From positions 1 to 64,000 of the forward strand of contig MCFH01000079.1 in the NCBI GenBank assembly GCA_002104945.1: 64,000 bases of DNA. The letters run 5' to 3'. Positions 1 through 13,581 of the stretch are shown here, piece after piece (the stretch's first letter is position 1; every line of letters begins with the position of its first letter). Position numbers and translations under genes: made by a program. The notes under the pieces were generated by a model. The model searched no databases. It was not told where the DNA came from and worked only from the letters and a program-made list of their open reading frames with translations. The DNA comes from Piromyces finnis finn (Eukaryota > Fungi > Neocallimastigomycota).

Positions 1-2676
1 AATATTACTTTTAAAAAAAATATAAAGCATAAAATATATACAATATATTTTTTATTTTCATCAATAATATTTTAAAATGAAAATATTTTGGATTTAATCT
101 CAAAATTCTAGTTTATATTTAAAAAAAAAAAAAAAAAATTACCATATCTTCAGAATTTTCTTTATTCATTATTTTTAAAATTATTTTAATTGAAATGTGT
201 AATTAATAATACAGAATTAACTATCACCTTACGAAATTATAATTTTATTTTATATTGAATAATCTTTTAATTTTACTTGATTATTTCAATTTCTTTTTAA
301 GTATTCAATTTGAATAAAAATTATATAATATTTTATTCCTGAATTAAAATCAATTAATATCAGTAAATGTAATACTATTAAGAATTTGATTATCCTTATT
401 GAACTCGGAAATTAACAATGCTTAACTTTTTGATTTTAAACTATTATTTATCAAATTATTTAAATTATAATTGTGGAATTAACACTTTATAAAAAAAGAT
501 AAAAAAATAAAAAAAAAAAAAAAAAAGAATTTTAACTATTTTAATATTAAATATTTAAAAAGTTTTTATTGGTAGATTATTTATTAATATCAATTTTAAA
601 ATATTATTATTTAAAGTTTAATTCAAAAATTCGTTTTTAATTAATATATTAAATGATATAATATTGATTATTACAATTAAATTTAAATATTAAATATAAA
701 AAAAAATGATAAATATAAAAAAGTTTTGTCTTGTTATATATTAAATATAATAATGATTCTATAATGACTTTACTATCATTTTTATTTTAATAAGTTTTTT
801 ATTCATTTTGTTATATTCTTCTTCACTTTTTCTTTTTAAACTACAAAAAAAAAAATTTTTATATGATTTTGGATTTAGAGTACAAGTAACATTTAATTGT
901 TTCATTTTTATTTTCTTTAATTTTTCTTGTTCCACAAAAATTAAATGAATACTCAATATATTGTTATATATTGGATAATATAATATATTAATATATTAAA
1001 ATTTCCTTTATGACCTTTATAGAATTAATTAAAAATTAGTCAAAAGAATCCAACTTTAATATAATAATAATATATGAAATCGTTATTTGTTAAAAATTAA
1101 TTTTAAGGGTTTTAAAAAATCAAATATAATTTTTGAATATATTAAATAAAATATTAAAATTTTAACAATGATTTTAATATTAATTAAAGTTTTAAAATTT
1201 TATTTAATAATTTTTTTTAACAAATTTATAGTCAAAAAGTAATGATGAAAAAAAGGTAAATGGAGTAGCATTATTATTGCCATTATTACTATTATTATTA
1301 TTACTTTGATAAAAAAAAGATTATTTTTCTAATAGTATTTTATGAGATTTAATAAAAATAAAAAACTTTATTAAATAGAGACATTTCTTTTTAATATTAA
1401 AAGAATGAAACATTATTGTATTGATAACTGATGAATATAATAAATAAAATGATAAATATTATTTTAAATAGTATAATAAAAGTTATAATAAAATGATAAA
1501 TATAATTTTAAATAATATAATAATAGTTATAAAGCACTTTTTTAAATATTCATTTTTTATTTTATTATAATAGATCAATAATATTAAAAACATTAAAATT
1601 ATTTGTTTTTACATAAATTATTTCAAAGGTTGCACAATTACCAATAAAGAATGTTACCAAATGCCACAGATTAAAAATGTTACATTTATCTTTTTTTACC
1701 CTTTTATTTTAAAAGTGGATTTATGACAAACCATATAAAATCAATAAAATTCATACTAGTAAAGTCTTTATTGTTGTAACTTTTGAAATTTCATAGCATA
1801 TTATGAATGATTTTAAAATTATATATATATATTAAGATACATATTTTTTTATGTATCATACTATAATGATTAAATAAAAATTACCTAAACATCATTTTAA
1901 TATTTGGGGAAAAAAAAAACAATGATAAAAAATAATTAGCGTTTTATATCAAACATCTTCAGGTATTATGGATTTTTAGTAAGCTTTTGAATAGACATAA
2001 TTTGAGTATAGTAATTAAAGAAGGAAGGCTGTTATTATTTTTTTAGATATTCAAATAATTCTTACACTTTTGTGTTATGGATTGTACATTTTATCTATTT
2101 AGTATTATTATGAAAAAAATTTATTATATTTTATAATATATTCCAATATATTATTTAAAATATATTATCAACTTTTATAAAATATAATTAAATATATACA
2201 TAATATAATAAAATATAATAAAAATATATATATATTAAATTTTAATATTAATTAAAATTTCAAATTTATATTAAAAAAGAAATTTTAAAAAGTGGCAATA
2301 TTAAAAAATGGACATGGTTTATATTTATTGTAGAAAGTATTACTGATAAAACTAGAATTTATAAATAGGTATCATTATTGTAATGAGTTGAAGTATAAAA
2401 CATTCTTTTTGAAAAAAGAAAAGAGAAATCTTCATATAATTTCTTATTAACAAATATTATAATTGTTTAACCATATTACAAGTGAAAACCTCAAAGAGAC
2501 TATATTTTACAAAATAAAAAAAAGTCTTTGGACACACCTCATATAAAATAAAAGATACATTAAATGTTTATTATATTAAATATTATTATTTTTTTAATAT
2601 ATTAACAAATAATAATTAAAATTTAAATATAAAACCTTAATTAAAAATAAAGTATATAAAAGGAAAGAATTGCTTT

Positions 2677-2709
<33 letters not shown>

Positions 2710-2747
2710 ATTTTTTATTTTAATTTTTAATTAGAAAATACAAGAAA

Positions 2748-5156
2748 ATGATTAATTCAGGAAAACCTTTACAGCAAATAAGATCTAATATTGCTACATG
2801 TTTAATAAAGAGAAAAAATAACAAGACATGTCATGATACTAGATTAATCAAAAGAGTCAAAGAAACCCCCAATAAGCAAGAACAAAAGTTAATGAACATT
2901 ATCCGTTCTAATAATGTAGCAAAATTAGAAAGATATTTAAAAAAGCACAACATTATATTAAACGAAATAATGAAAGCAACAAAATTGAAATTTCATGATG
3001 GTTTGATATTAAGTACTAATTTTAATCCATTACTTATTTCATTAGAACAAAAATGTTCTGTAGATATGATAGAGTATATAGTTAACAAATGCCAATTTGA
3101 ACAAAGCAGTAACAAAACAAAAATTTGTTATTTAGCCTTTGCATTATACAAAAATAATTTCGAAGGTGTTAATGTATTATTAAAATATAATATCGAGTTA
3201 AAAGATAATATTATTATTCTTTTATATAACCTCAAAATACTCAATGAAGAAAATTTAAATTTTATTTTAGACAAAGGAATTGATATCTGTTATATAAATG
3301 ACTTTTTAGATATGTTGGCAAATAAGGGTAATATTTCTAGTAATGATATAAAATATATTTGCATAATAGTAAAGAATAAAGACTACAAAATTAGTATTGA
3401 TGAGGAATTATATGTAATAGCAATAGCGTTAAAAAATGATGATTTATTAAGAAATTTATTTTTTAATGACAATAGTGATAAATTTGATATTATTCATAAA
3501 ATTAATAAGTATAAGTTGCTAGAAGAAGTTTTAGATTTAGGAATTAAATATAATTACAGAAAAAAAAATGAAAAGGTAAAAAATAATTTTTTTGAATTCT
3601 TAAAAAAAATATTGAACTATAAAGAAGCATTTACTTATCAAGACTTAGTTTCAGAAGAAAATATCAGGAAAATGCAAAGGATTGATATATCTAATATTAT
3701 GAAGTTAATAATTGATACATCATTAGATATTTTTTTAAAAGCTAAAGAAGAAGTAAATAAGGAAAATTATTTCAAATATATAAATACTATTTTTTCAAGA
3801 GCCATTGAAAATTCATATATTAAATTAATAGAATATTTACTACTCTGTATAGACCATAAAAAAATATTAAATATAGATGATGCTACTAAAAATATAATCA
3901 ATTTTGTTGATTATAGAAATTCTACACCATTAAAACATGCAATTAAATATTCTTCATATGAAGTGGCAAAATACTTAATAGATCATAAAGCAGACATGGA
4001 ACATATTAATAAAGGAGAATCAGCATTAATGTATTCAATTAAATTAAGAAATATAGAAATTACTAAATTATTGATTGAATCAGGTGCTAATGTTAACTAT
4101 GTACAAGAAGAAACTGGCATGTCAGTATTAATGTATTCAATTAAATTTAAAAATCTAAAAATTATTAAATTATTGATTGAATCAGGTGCTAATGTTAACT
4201 ATGTACAAGAAGAAACTGGCATATCAGTATTAATGTATTCAATTGAATTTGAAAATCAAGCAATTACTAAATTATTGATTGAATCAGGTGCTAATGTTAA
4301 CTATGTACAAGAAGAAACTGGCATATCAGTATTAATGTATTCAATTAAATTTAAAAATCTAAAAATTATTAAATTATTGATTGAATCAGGTGCTGATGTT
4401 AATTTTAATCTGAAAAATAATAAATCATTGTTAATGCATGTCATTGATTTAGCTTCAGATAAGGTGTTTAAAGATGAATATATTTGTGATTATGAGTGCA
4501 ATTTAAATGATGGATTTTTATTGCCATGTGAGTTTGTTCCTATAGCTCCAAATGAGAAATTTTTATTTCCATCTGAAAAAAGCTATAAATTTTGTTATAA
4601 AAATTTATTGTCTCTATTGATAAATAATAACGCTAATATTGATTACATATATATAAATATGAACACTCCCAAACGATTATTAACATACACAATTGAAAAT
4701 CATAAATATGAGATTGCAAAATATTTAATTAAGTGTGGAGCAGATGTCTTTGCTGAAGACGAAAACGACAATATTTTAACAGACCTCATAAATAATATTA
4801 ATAAATTAGAAGACATCAAAAATGAAGATAGTTCCGACTACGATTGTAACATCTCAACTTATATTGATCTTTTTAAATTTATTGTTAGAACACATTTTCA
4901 AAAACATAATCCAGATATTTTCCAAAAATATATGGATTATGGTATATTAGAATTAATTATTCAAAATGGGCAAGAGGAATTACTAAAGATTTTAGTTGAT
5001 AATAAATTTAATTGTACTACGACGGATAAAAATAATAAAACAATATTTCATTATGCGGTTGAAAATAAACAAAAAAATATTTTAGATTACTTAATGCATA
5101 CTCAAAACGCTTTACATATGCTAGATGATTTATGTAAAGAAATTCTTTTAAATTGA
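2748..5156 (+). CDS. Ankyrin-repeat protein, 802 aa, single ORF
   Basis: Uninterrupted ORF with canonical ankyrin motifs (STPLKHAIKY...VAKYLIDHKAD, ESALMYSI...ITKLLIESGANVN, KTIFHYAVEN...ILDYLM). Confidence 0.9.
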   Translation: MINSGKPLQQIRSNIATCLIKRKNNKTCHDTRLIKRVKETPNKQEQKLMNIIRSNNVAKLERYLKKHNIILNEIMKATKLKFHDGLILSTNFNPLLISLEQKCSVDMIEYIVNKCQFEQSSNKTKICYLAFALYKNNFEGVNVLLKYNIELKDNIIILLYNLKILNEENLNFILDKGIDICYINDFLDMLANKGNISSNDIKYICIIVKNKDYKISIDEELYVIAIALKNDDLLRNLFFNDNSDKFDIIHKINKYKLLEEVLDLGIKYNYRKKNEKVKNNFFEFLKKILNYKEAFTYQDLVSEENIRKMQRIDISNIMKLIIDTSLDIFLKAKEEVNKENYFKYINTIFSRAIENSYIKLIEYLLLCIDHKKILNIDDATKNIINFVDYRNSTPLKHAIKYSSYEVAKYLIDHKADMEHINKGESALMYSIKLRNIEITKLLIESGANVNYVQEETGMSVLMYSIKFKNLKIIKLLIESGANVNYVQEETGISVLMYSIEFENQAITKLLIESGANVNYVQEETGISVLMYSIKFKNLKIIKLLIESGADVNFNLKNNKSLLMHVIDLASDKVFKDEYICDYECNLNDGFLLPCEFVPIAPNEKFLFPSEKSYKFCYKNLLSLLINNNANIDYIYINMNTPKRLLTYTIENHKYEIAKYLIKCGADVFAEDENDNILTDLINNINKLEDIKNEDSSDYDCNISTYIDLFKFIVRTHFQKHNPDIFQKYMDYGILELIIQNGQEELLKILVDNKFNCTTTDKNNKTIFHYAVENKQKNILDYLMHTQNALHMLDDLCKEILLN
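4026..4400 (+). repeat. 102-bp (34-aa) tandem repeat, about 3.7 copies, encoding near-identical ankyrin repeats
   Basis: TTAATGTATTCAATT recurs at 4026, 4128, 4230 and 4332. Unit protein xSVLMYSI...KLLIESGANVNYVQEETG. Confidence 0.9.
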
Positions 5157-6202
5157 AACATAAATGCAATAATGGTTTATAAAAAAGAAAATTAAAATGA
5201 TATAAAAATTCTAATATTCATTAATCCATTCCTGGTAGTTAAAATTGTATATAAATTTTAATAATTATGAATCCATTCCTAGCAGTTATAATTGTATATA
5301 AATTTTAATATTTCTTTTAACTATCTGGAACGAATTAATTGATATTAAATATCTATCTAATATCTATTTTTTATGAGTAACAATAAATTCCATAATTTTT
5401 TTGTTACCATACAGAATTTTCTTAAAAGTCATTTATAATAAATGGATTTGATTAATAATAATATTATTATTATTAATTCTATATAAAATGAAACTTATGA
5501 TAATGAAATATCTTTATCCCAAATTTTCATTTTATCTAATAATTAAAACATATCCATTAATAAAATATTCTACAATACTATACTAAATATATAAAATAAA
5601 TATTATACAATAAAAAAAAGAAAAAAGGTAATTATATTATAATAATATATTGCTATAGGGTTAAATGCAATTTTATTTATATTATTTAAATAAACAATTG
5701 CATTAAAACCACTAAAGTAATTATTAAATAATATTAAATATATAAGTATATTAATAAATATAATAACACATTTTAAAGGAATAGTATATTTAATAATATA
5801 CTACTTATAATATATGATAAATACAAATATATATATATTATACAAATATATTTTTAAAGAATCTTATTTATACAATATATATGTTTATTTTTAAAAATAA
5901 TGGTTAAAAAAAAAAAAAACCAATATTCCTAAAAATATAGCATATTTACGAAAATTATTCAAAAGGAAATATTAAATATATACATTTAAAAAAAAAAAAA
6001 AAAAAAATAGAATAAAAAAAATCTGTATAATAAAAATAATATAAATAAAATATCATAAAAAAAAATTAAACTTTGAAATCGTTTTAAAAATAAAAATTAT
6101 GCTTTTTATTTATACATATATATTACTATTTCTTTAACGATTATATAGCTAATAAAAAATTTATATTAAATATTCCTTTAATCATTTTATATAAAATAAA
6201 AC

Positions 6203-7890
6203 CTTTTTTTTTAAGACTAGGAAAATAGTACACTTCTTGTATTTATTTATTTAATTTGTGATTTTACGTTATATTAGGTGATAATACATATTGAGATAAT
6301 AAATGATAAATAAAAATAATAAAATATAAATATAAAATAATACAAAATAATCATTTAAGTTGCATAAAAGTTCAATGAACTTTGCAATTTGTCCTGTGTG
6401 GGATTGGTCCCTACCTAATAACTTAAATGAAATAAAAAAGAGAACATCAAGTATGATAGTGTGGTATTTCACTAAATTCTCCCATGAGTTCAGAATGTTT
6501 TCATTCGAAGAAAAGTAAAAAGATCGCCAAGAAAGCAAAGTAAAAAAGTTCTGTATTCAGAGAATGCAGAACATTTTAAAATCCAATGATAAAAAGATTG
6601 TTCCTCATATTCGCAATATAGACAGACACAAGGGCAGTCGGGAGTAACTCTATTACTAGCAATAGCAACTCTGGTAGTATTTTCATAACCGCATCAAATA
6701 CAAATAATCCAAGTAATTCCTAAGTGGGGTTTGTTGATACTGATACGTATTAGGCAAGTTGAATTAAGTAATTCGTTGTCCTGAGGGCTTTATTTTCATT
6801 ATTTAGGCTACTATTATTCCAATAATGTTCTATAGTATCTTTAGTACCTTTAATATTTATTTTCATAAGTTTCTCATGTAGAAAATATAATCTTTGGCTC
6901 AAGATTAATGAGCCATGGGAGGAATAGATCGGACGAGATCTTTAATAATACAGTCTAATTTTCTCCATTTAACAAAGCATTTCGCTTATTGAGTAGCACA
7001 AATACCTGAAAGTGTTGAAATCCTCAAATCCCTTGTAAGAACATTTAGACTAATAAATGAATTTCGTTCCAAAATAAAATCCTTGTTATATAGACTTTTA
7101 TTGTGAAAGCTATTGACACTCCATAAAACAGCAGTATTGATGGGAGATTGGACTCTGCGAGTTCTATTTTTGTTGAGACCAAGTAATGAAACATCATAAG
7201 AGACTTTACTTAAAATATAGAAATGAATGACTATATTTTTTAAACCAATAGGAACACAATTGTTAGTAAGAAAGCTCTTAAAAAAGAATAAAAAATTTTG
7301 AACTTTTTTACATACTTGATAAAATAGGAAACAGAGAAAGATCTTTGTTGAATGGGATTCCAAGATAGCAAGAAACCTTTGAAATCGAGTACCTACCGAT
7401 GTAAACTGTTGGGTCTACATAACTAGGGGATCTATTAAAATTGATATGGTTACACACTTGTTTATTCCAAAGGACATTTCATTTAAACTAGCCCCAATCA
7501 AGAACTAAATTAAGCATCTTTTGAAGGTTCTTCTCGCTAGGAGTAATCAGAACAATAGCATCAGCAAAAAGGCCACCACAGTAATGTTTATTTCCTAAAC
7601 TAATACCAAGCCTTTCACATTTATTTAAAATATCGTTGATGAAGAGATTAAATAGTATAGGAGAAAGAAGACTTCCTTGTCTTACACCGCGGTTGATAGG
7701 AAATTCATTAGAGGAACATATCCAAGAAACGTACATTAACTTTTGAGGTAGGGGAAAAATTATTGAGAAAATCAAAACATTTTCCCCGTATACCTAATTT
7801 ATAAAACTTTGTAAGGATATTAAATATAGGAACAGAATCATATGCTTTTTTGAGGTCAATTAAAGCAACATAAATGGCTTTTCCATGAAA
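6203..7890 (-). mobile_element. Degenerate, 5'-truncated non-LTR retrotransposon (RT to zinc knuckle to 3' end), a related but distinct family from the intact LINE
   Basis: ORF 7488..7775 contains VRQGSLLSPILFNLFINDIL...CGGLFADAIV. At about 6935-7000 the minus strand reads ICATQ*AKCFVKWRKLDCIIKDLV, versus KCALAQVRCFNKWKNSNCIISHLV in the intact element. DCPC occurs at about 6630. Multiple stops and frameshifts. T-run at 6203-6212 is a possible poly(A); no TSD found. Confidence 0.85.
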
Positions 7891-8055
7891 AAGAAAATAA
7901 TTAAATAAATTAAATATACTTTAATTTATTAAGAATGAATATAAGCTAAAATAAAAAAAAAAAAAAAGTATAATGGATTCTAGTCATGTTAACTAAAAAA
8001 GTAAAAAAGACGGTTATTACACTAAAGTAAAATATTGAATTTGATTTTCAATGAA

Positions 8056-8641
8056 TTTTTTTTTTTTTTTTTTTTTTTTAACGGCATCAAATATTTTAAA
8101 CTTTATTATTAATTTAATTAAAATTATAATACATGTAATATAAAAATTAAAATAAAATAAAAATAAAAAAAATATGTTTAAATAAACACAAATGAATAAA
8201 AATAGGGTATAATGTATTCTAGTAATTTTAATTAAAGTAAGAAAGCCACTATTATACTAAAGTATAATAATTGTATTTGACTTCCAATGGGACACCGAGC
8301 CAAAGATCAAAATTTTGTCATGGAACAAAATTATGATCTCCATTGGTTGCGCTGGCCCTCCTGGCCTGTCTTACTGTTTCTTCAGCATTGACGCTCTTGG
8401 ATGTTGCTTCAAACCTTTTGAACATTGACCATTGCTGGCCAATAGCAAAAGGCATGATTTTGGTTAGAAGTTCCGCGGTTACCGTCAAGAATGGTGTTCC
8501 TTCATTAGTACCAGATTGAATCTGACGCTTACAAAGTTCTTTCCATTCCCTTGAATTGTAATTAATATTGTTAAAACTTCTTCCCCCAAGAAGGAATTTA
8601 AATATTTTACTGCACACACTAGAATAATCATACACATTAAT
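8056..8641 (-). mobile_element. 5'-truncated copy (copy C) of the LINE at 38872-44444
   Basis: Nearly identical to the last ~590 bp of the intact element (ORF C-terminus VYDYSSVCSK...HNFVP* plus 3' UTR). Poly(T) 8056-8079. TSD ATTTGATTTTCAATGAA at 8039-8055 and 8642-8658; the first 3 nt overlap element sequence (microhomology). Confidence 0.95.
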
Positions 8642-9194
8642 ATTTGATTTTCAATGAAACTAAACTACCCAAATTAAATTTTGTTAAACTATAATTTATA
8701 GGAATTGTACTGGACCTATTGTCCTACCTTAATTATTAAAACAATACTTCCAAAACTATTTCCAAAATTATTTTAACTATTCAACCACTTTTTGTAAATT
8801 AAATCAAAAAATAAAAACATATTTATTTTTAATATTTTTTATTTTTTATTTTTTTATTTATTTTTTTTTTCTAGTTTATATTTACATTATAATATTCTTT
8901 ATATCTTTTTTATTATTATTGTTGTTGTTGTTGTTGTTGTTGTTATTATTATTATTATTAACTTTTCCTTCCTATTTAAATTTAAAAATAAATTATTTAA
9001 TTTTTATAATAGATATATATAAATAATAAAAATTGTTTTTTTTTTTTTTTAGTAAATGCGTCCTTTTTTTCATAAGGAATGATAATTTAAATTAATCATT
9101 TAATCTATTATTATGGCGTATTACGAATTATATTTATTTTTAATAAATATTATTATGATGAATGAATTTTTTTATAATAATAATTTAAAAAAAT

Positions 9195-10456
9195 CTAATT
9201 TTGAGTAGTGTTGGCTTCAGCAGCAGCTGGAGCTGGAGTTTCTGAAGTAACAGATTCCTTAGATTCAGCAGCAACAGCAGCACTTGGAGCAGTTTCAGAT
9301 TCAGCAAGAGTAGCAGCACCTTCTGGAGAAGGCTTAAGAGTCTTAGACTTTTTAATTTTAATAGTTTCTTGAGTTACTTCATTAACTTTACCAATAACTT
9401 GAGTGTATACATCTTGAATCTTCTTTACTGGAGTACTTTGCTTAATGGTTTCAATAGTTGGTTGAGCAGCAGTTTTAGCAGCAGCAACTCTGGTTTGACC
9501 AGCAGTTCTAGCAGCAGAGACCTTTTCATTATTTTTGATTTCGTCTATCTTAGTATTGATAGCAGTAGTAGCCTTGGCTGTTTTTTCAGAAATACCATAT
9601 TTAGCATCAACAGATTTTCCAAGTTTCTTTGATTCTTCAACTAAGAGTTGGAATTTTTCTGTAACACCTAACTTAGTATCAACAGACTTACCAAGAGTTT
9701 CAGCCTTAATCATTGTATCAGCAATGAAATTGGCAAGCTTACTAGAACCAGAAGCTGGAGCATCAGCTGGAGCATCGGCGGCAGCAGCAACAGCTTCAAC
9801 AGATTCCTGTAATTTTTAAATAATAATATTATACAAATATGACATTATTAAATTTTTCCACTATTTATACCATTAAATATAACATTTATTATCAATATAT
9901 TAATTTATCCATTATTTACTCTAACAGTATCATCGTATTTCTTAACAATAATGTTACGATCATCAATTCTAGAGTTGTTTAATAAAACAGCGGTATCAAC
10001 AGCTATTATATATAATAATAATAAAAAATAATTATTATAAATACATTATTTAAATAACATAAAATTAATGTAACACTAATATAAAAATAAATAGAAAAAA
10101 TACATACAAGAAGCTAAAATTCAAATGCAAGATGGAGTTTTATATTTTTTGAATATTTTAAAAAAAAATAAATAATTTAATATAATTTTATTTAAAAATA
10201 ATAAAATAATTTCTTATTTTTTATTTCATTTTTTATTTCATTTATTGCTATTTATATATTATTTACCTTTGTCGAATAATAATAAAGCTTCAAAACCGTT
10301 TTCGACTTGAACAATTTCGTATTCAATAATATCTCCGCAGTATTGGAAAAAATCAATAACCTTCTTTTCAGTAGAATCTGGAGAAATGTTGGAAACTTGA
10401 ACAAGATTGGCGGTTTCAGCCATGTTAGTTGGATCAATCTTCTTAAAAGTGGCCAT
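9195..10456 (-). CDS. Vip1-like RRM protein; exons 10456-10267, (10113-10108 micro-exon), 10002-9920, 9806-9195
   Basis: N-terminal RRM (VQVSNISPDSTEKKVIDFFQYCGDI...FDK-ASS-VDTAVLLNNSRIDDRNIIV) followed by KLANFIADTMIKAETLGKSVDTKLGVTEKF. This resembles the S. pombe Vip1 layout as I recall it. GT-AG sites join in frame. Confidence 0.8.
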
Positions 10457-13307
10457 TTTAATTACTACAATTTCAATTATAATATTTTTAAATTTAATTA
10501 TTAAGAAAGTTGTAAATATTAATATTTTTTTTCTTTATTTTTTAGACTATTTTAAAATTGAATAGGATTTACTAATAATTTTTTTAAATTTTATGATTAT
10601 ATTATGAAAACTGTTTTATAGGTTTATATTTTATCGTATTTTTTTTGTTTTTTTTATATATATACATATATATATATTATATAAATTATAAATAAACAAC
10701 ATTTCCAGAGTTTTTATTCTATTTTATTCTATTTTACCTTTTTTTTATTTATTAAAACTTATTTCAAATAATAGAGAAAAAAAGTTGTCTTTTTTTTTTA
10801 AATTTACTTTTTTATTTTAAAATTTCTATTGAATTTTATAATATTTAATGATTAAATATTGTTACTTTAAAAAGAAAAAAAATGGTGTCTTTATATATTT
10901 ATACCTAATTATATGAAAATCACACACACAAACCCTCTTATAAAAAGATTAAAAAATAATATGTATATAATTTATTTTAATATATATTTAACAATATATA
11001 AAAATATATTATAAAATCGGTTTTATTAAATTTATAAAATTTTAATATATCAAAACTTTACAATCTATCTGTATAAATATAATATAATTTTATATTTATT
11101 TAAATATACTTAATTATATTAGAATCTAGGAAATATAAAAAAAGTTCATATGCTAATACAAAATATTCATATATTACAAATGAGTTACTTATATAATGTA
11201 TTATTATTTGATTCATATATTTTTTTTATAATATTATATATTTATAATATAGTAAATTTTATTAATAATATTTAAATAATAATAATACTATTTCCAATTT
11301 TTAATATATTAAAAGTAAATTGCTTACATATCTATAGGAAGATTTCAATTTAAAACTGGGAATGCCTTAACAAAAAATATTATTATTAGGTATATTAACC
11401 ATCCATTATTAGATAAAAATAATTAAATTATTAAAAAAATATGTTTTACATTAATTTAAAATATTATATCTTAAAACACTATTATTTTAAAATATTTTAT
11501 CTTAATAACATGTGACCTTTTCAAAAAGAAGAGAGAAAAAGGAAAAAAAAAAAAAGTTTTTCTGTATTTTATATTATATTAAAAAGGTTAGAGGCAGTTT
11601 TTCTAATTCACCTCAATACACTAAAAAAAAATATTTTTTACATACATTCGAAAAAGCATGTGATAGAATATTAACTCAAATTAAATATTATCTCCTTTTT
11701 TTTTCAATTATAGAAATATTTCATCAAAATCATATGTCAAAGAAAAAAAAAAAAGATATATATATTTAAATTTTATTAAAAGTATGAATGATGTCTATTT
11801 ATTTCTCCAAAATTTTTTATGGTATTTTCTTTATAAAAATAAAAACATTTATAGATTTAATAAAAATTCAATAATTATATAATAAAAAATAAATAAATTA
11901 TTATTGTTATCTTTATTAATAAATCATTTGTTTGTTTATTATATATTTCAAGTTTTGAAAATACATTAAATATTTTCTTAAATATACTATATATAATTTA
12001 ACATTAATTATTTTTATTAGTAAATGCAAATTAAAAGAAGCTAACTCTATCATTTTTTGGTGAAACAAAAGGTTTAAAAATTTGTGTGTATATTTTTTAT
12101 ATATTTAAAATTTTTATTATTAATTGTACTACAAACATGTACAATAATATATTATGAACAAACTTTATAGAAAAAATAGCAATCAAGAATAAGTGATAAA
12201 GTATCATTTCAAACCACTTAAATGTGTTGCTGCGATAATTTATACAAAAAAGTACTAATATTTATAAAACTTATAATGTAATATATAGATAGATACATTT
12301 TTAATAATTTATCAAAAAGTGAAACTGAACTACAAAAAATAAATATTGGTATTGTTAATAATAGTGTCAATTAATTAATTTGTTAATAAGCAATATTACT
12401 TATACTATTACTAAAATTATTATGTTACAAACATTTTTATAAACACTCCTAGTTTAAATTTATTTTTATTGATATATAGGTAGACTGACAAATTGTCAAA
12501 TATTATTTATTAATGGTATTATTTAAATCATCACTAAACTTTTTATGAATTACTCTTTTTTTTTTTTTTTGTGATATTCTATTATAAATATTATTGAGTA
12601 TTATTTTATTAACATTCATAAAAAAATCAAAAATTATCAATGTAGTAACTTTTAAAATAATATATATATTAAAAATATTAATAATATTCCGATTTTTCAT
12701 TACTTTAATGAATTAATAGTAATATAAGAAAAATTATAGGATACAAAAAAGTAATTAAATTATTTTTATTACTATCTCTTTTTTAAGAGAGATATAAATA
12801 AATTATAAATATATTAATTCCTTAATATTTTTCAATTAAATTAAATTATTAATGCCTTTTGTTAATTAAATATAATAAATGGGAAAATGTGAAACTTTCA
12901 AAGAGGAGAAAAAACAAAATGTACAAAGTTAACTCTGTTAGAATAAAATAAATAAAATATTTTAAAGTAATAATTGATTCTAATGAACTTCCTCATAAAT
13001 TATTAATAATTACTTTGTTTTTTTTTTTTTTTTTAATATACTTTCAGTATTAAGAATTGTATTAATTTACATAAAAAATATTATTACAAATAGTATTATT
13101 ATTAATACTAATAATAAAAAAAAGTCTTATACCTTATATCGTATGTAAATTCAAACACACTTATTATCAAAAGATAGATCAAAAATTAGTTATTAAAAAT
13201 AACTAACTCAACTTTCTGTAAATTTTTATTATATTTTATTTTATTTTATTATGTTTATTTTCTATTTTGTATGATTGTATGATAAATATATTATTTATTG
13301 TTGTTGT

Positions 13308-13342
<35 letters not shown>

Positions 13343-13581
13343 TATCAATATTTAATTTTTTGTTTCTGTTTTTTATTTTACTCTTAAATTAATTATTTAA
13401 TTCTAGAGAGTTCCATTTCCATTTAATTTGTTGTTTGACCCTAAATCTTTTGATTTTCTGTATTATTAAAAAATTACTTAAAATTTAGAATTTAATATCA
13501 ATAAAATTTTTTACATTATTATAAAGTGAAATACCAAATATTTTTGTTTTTCGGTTATTGAATACTTTTACTTTGTAAAAT

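Noticed and set aside
759-956. Short AT-rich ORFs in the track (for example 759, 11512, 12503, 17262, 33433, 37466, 38053, 48058)
   Set aside because: K/I/F/L/N-biased translations of intergenic DNA with no motifs or supporting splice structure.
5224-5310. ~47-bp imperfect tandem duplication downstream of the ankyrin gene
   Set aside because: Two copies only, AT-rich, with no structure or recurrence elsewhere; ordinary slippage.
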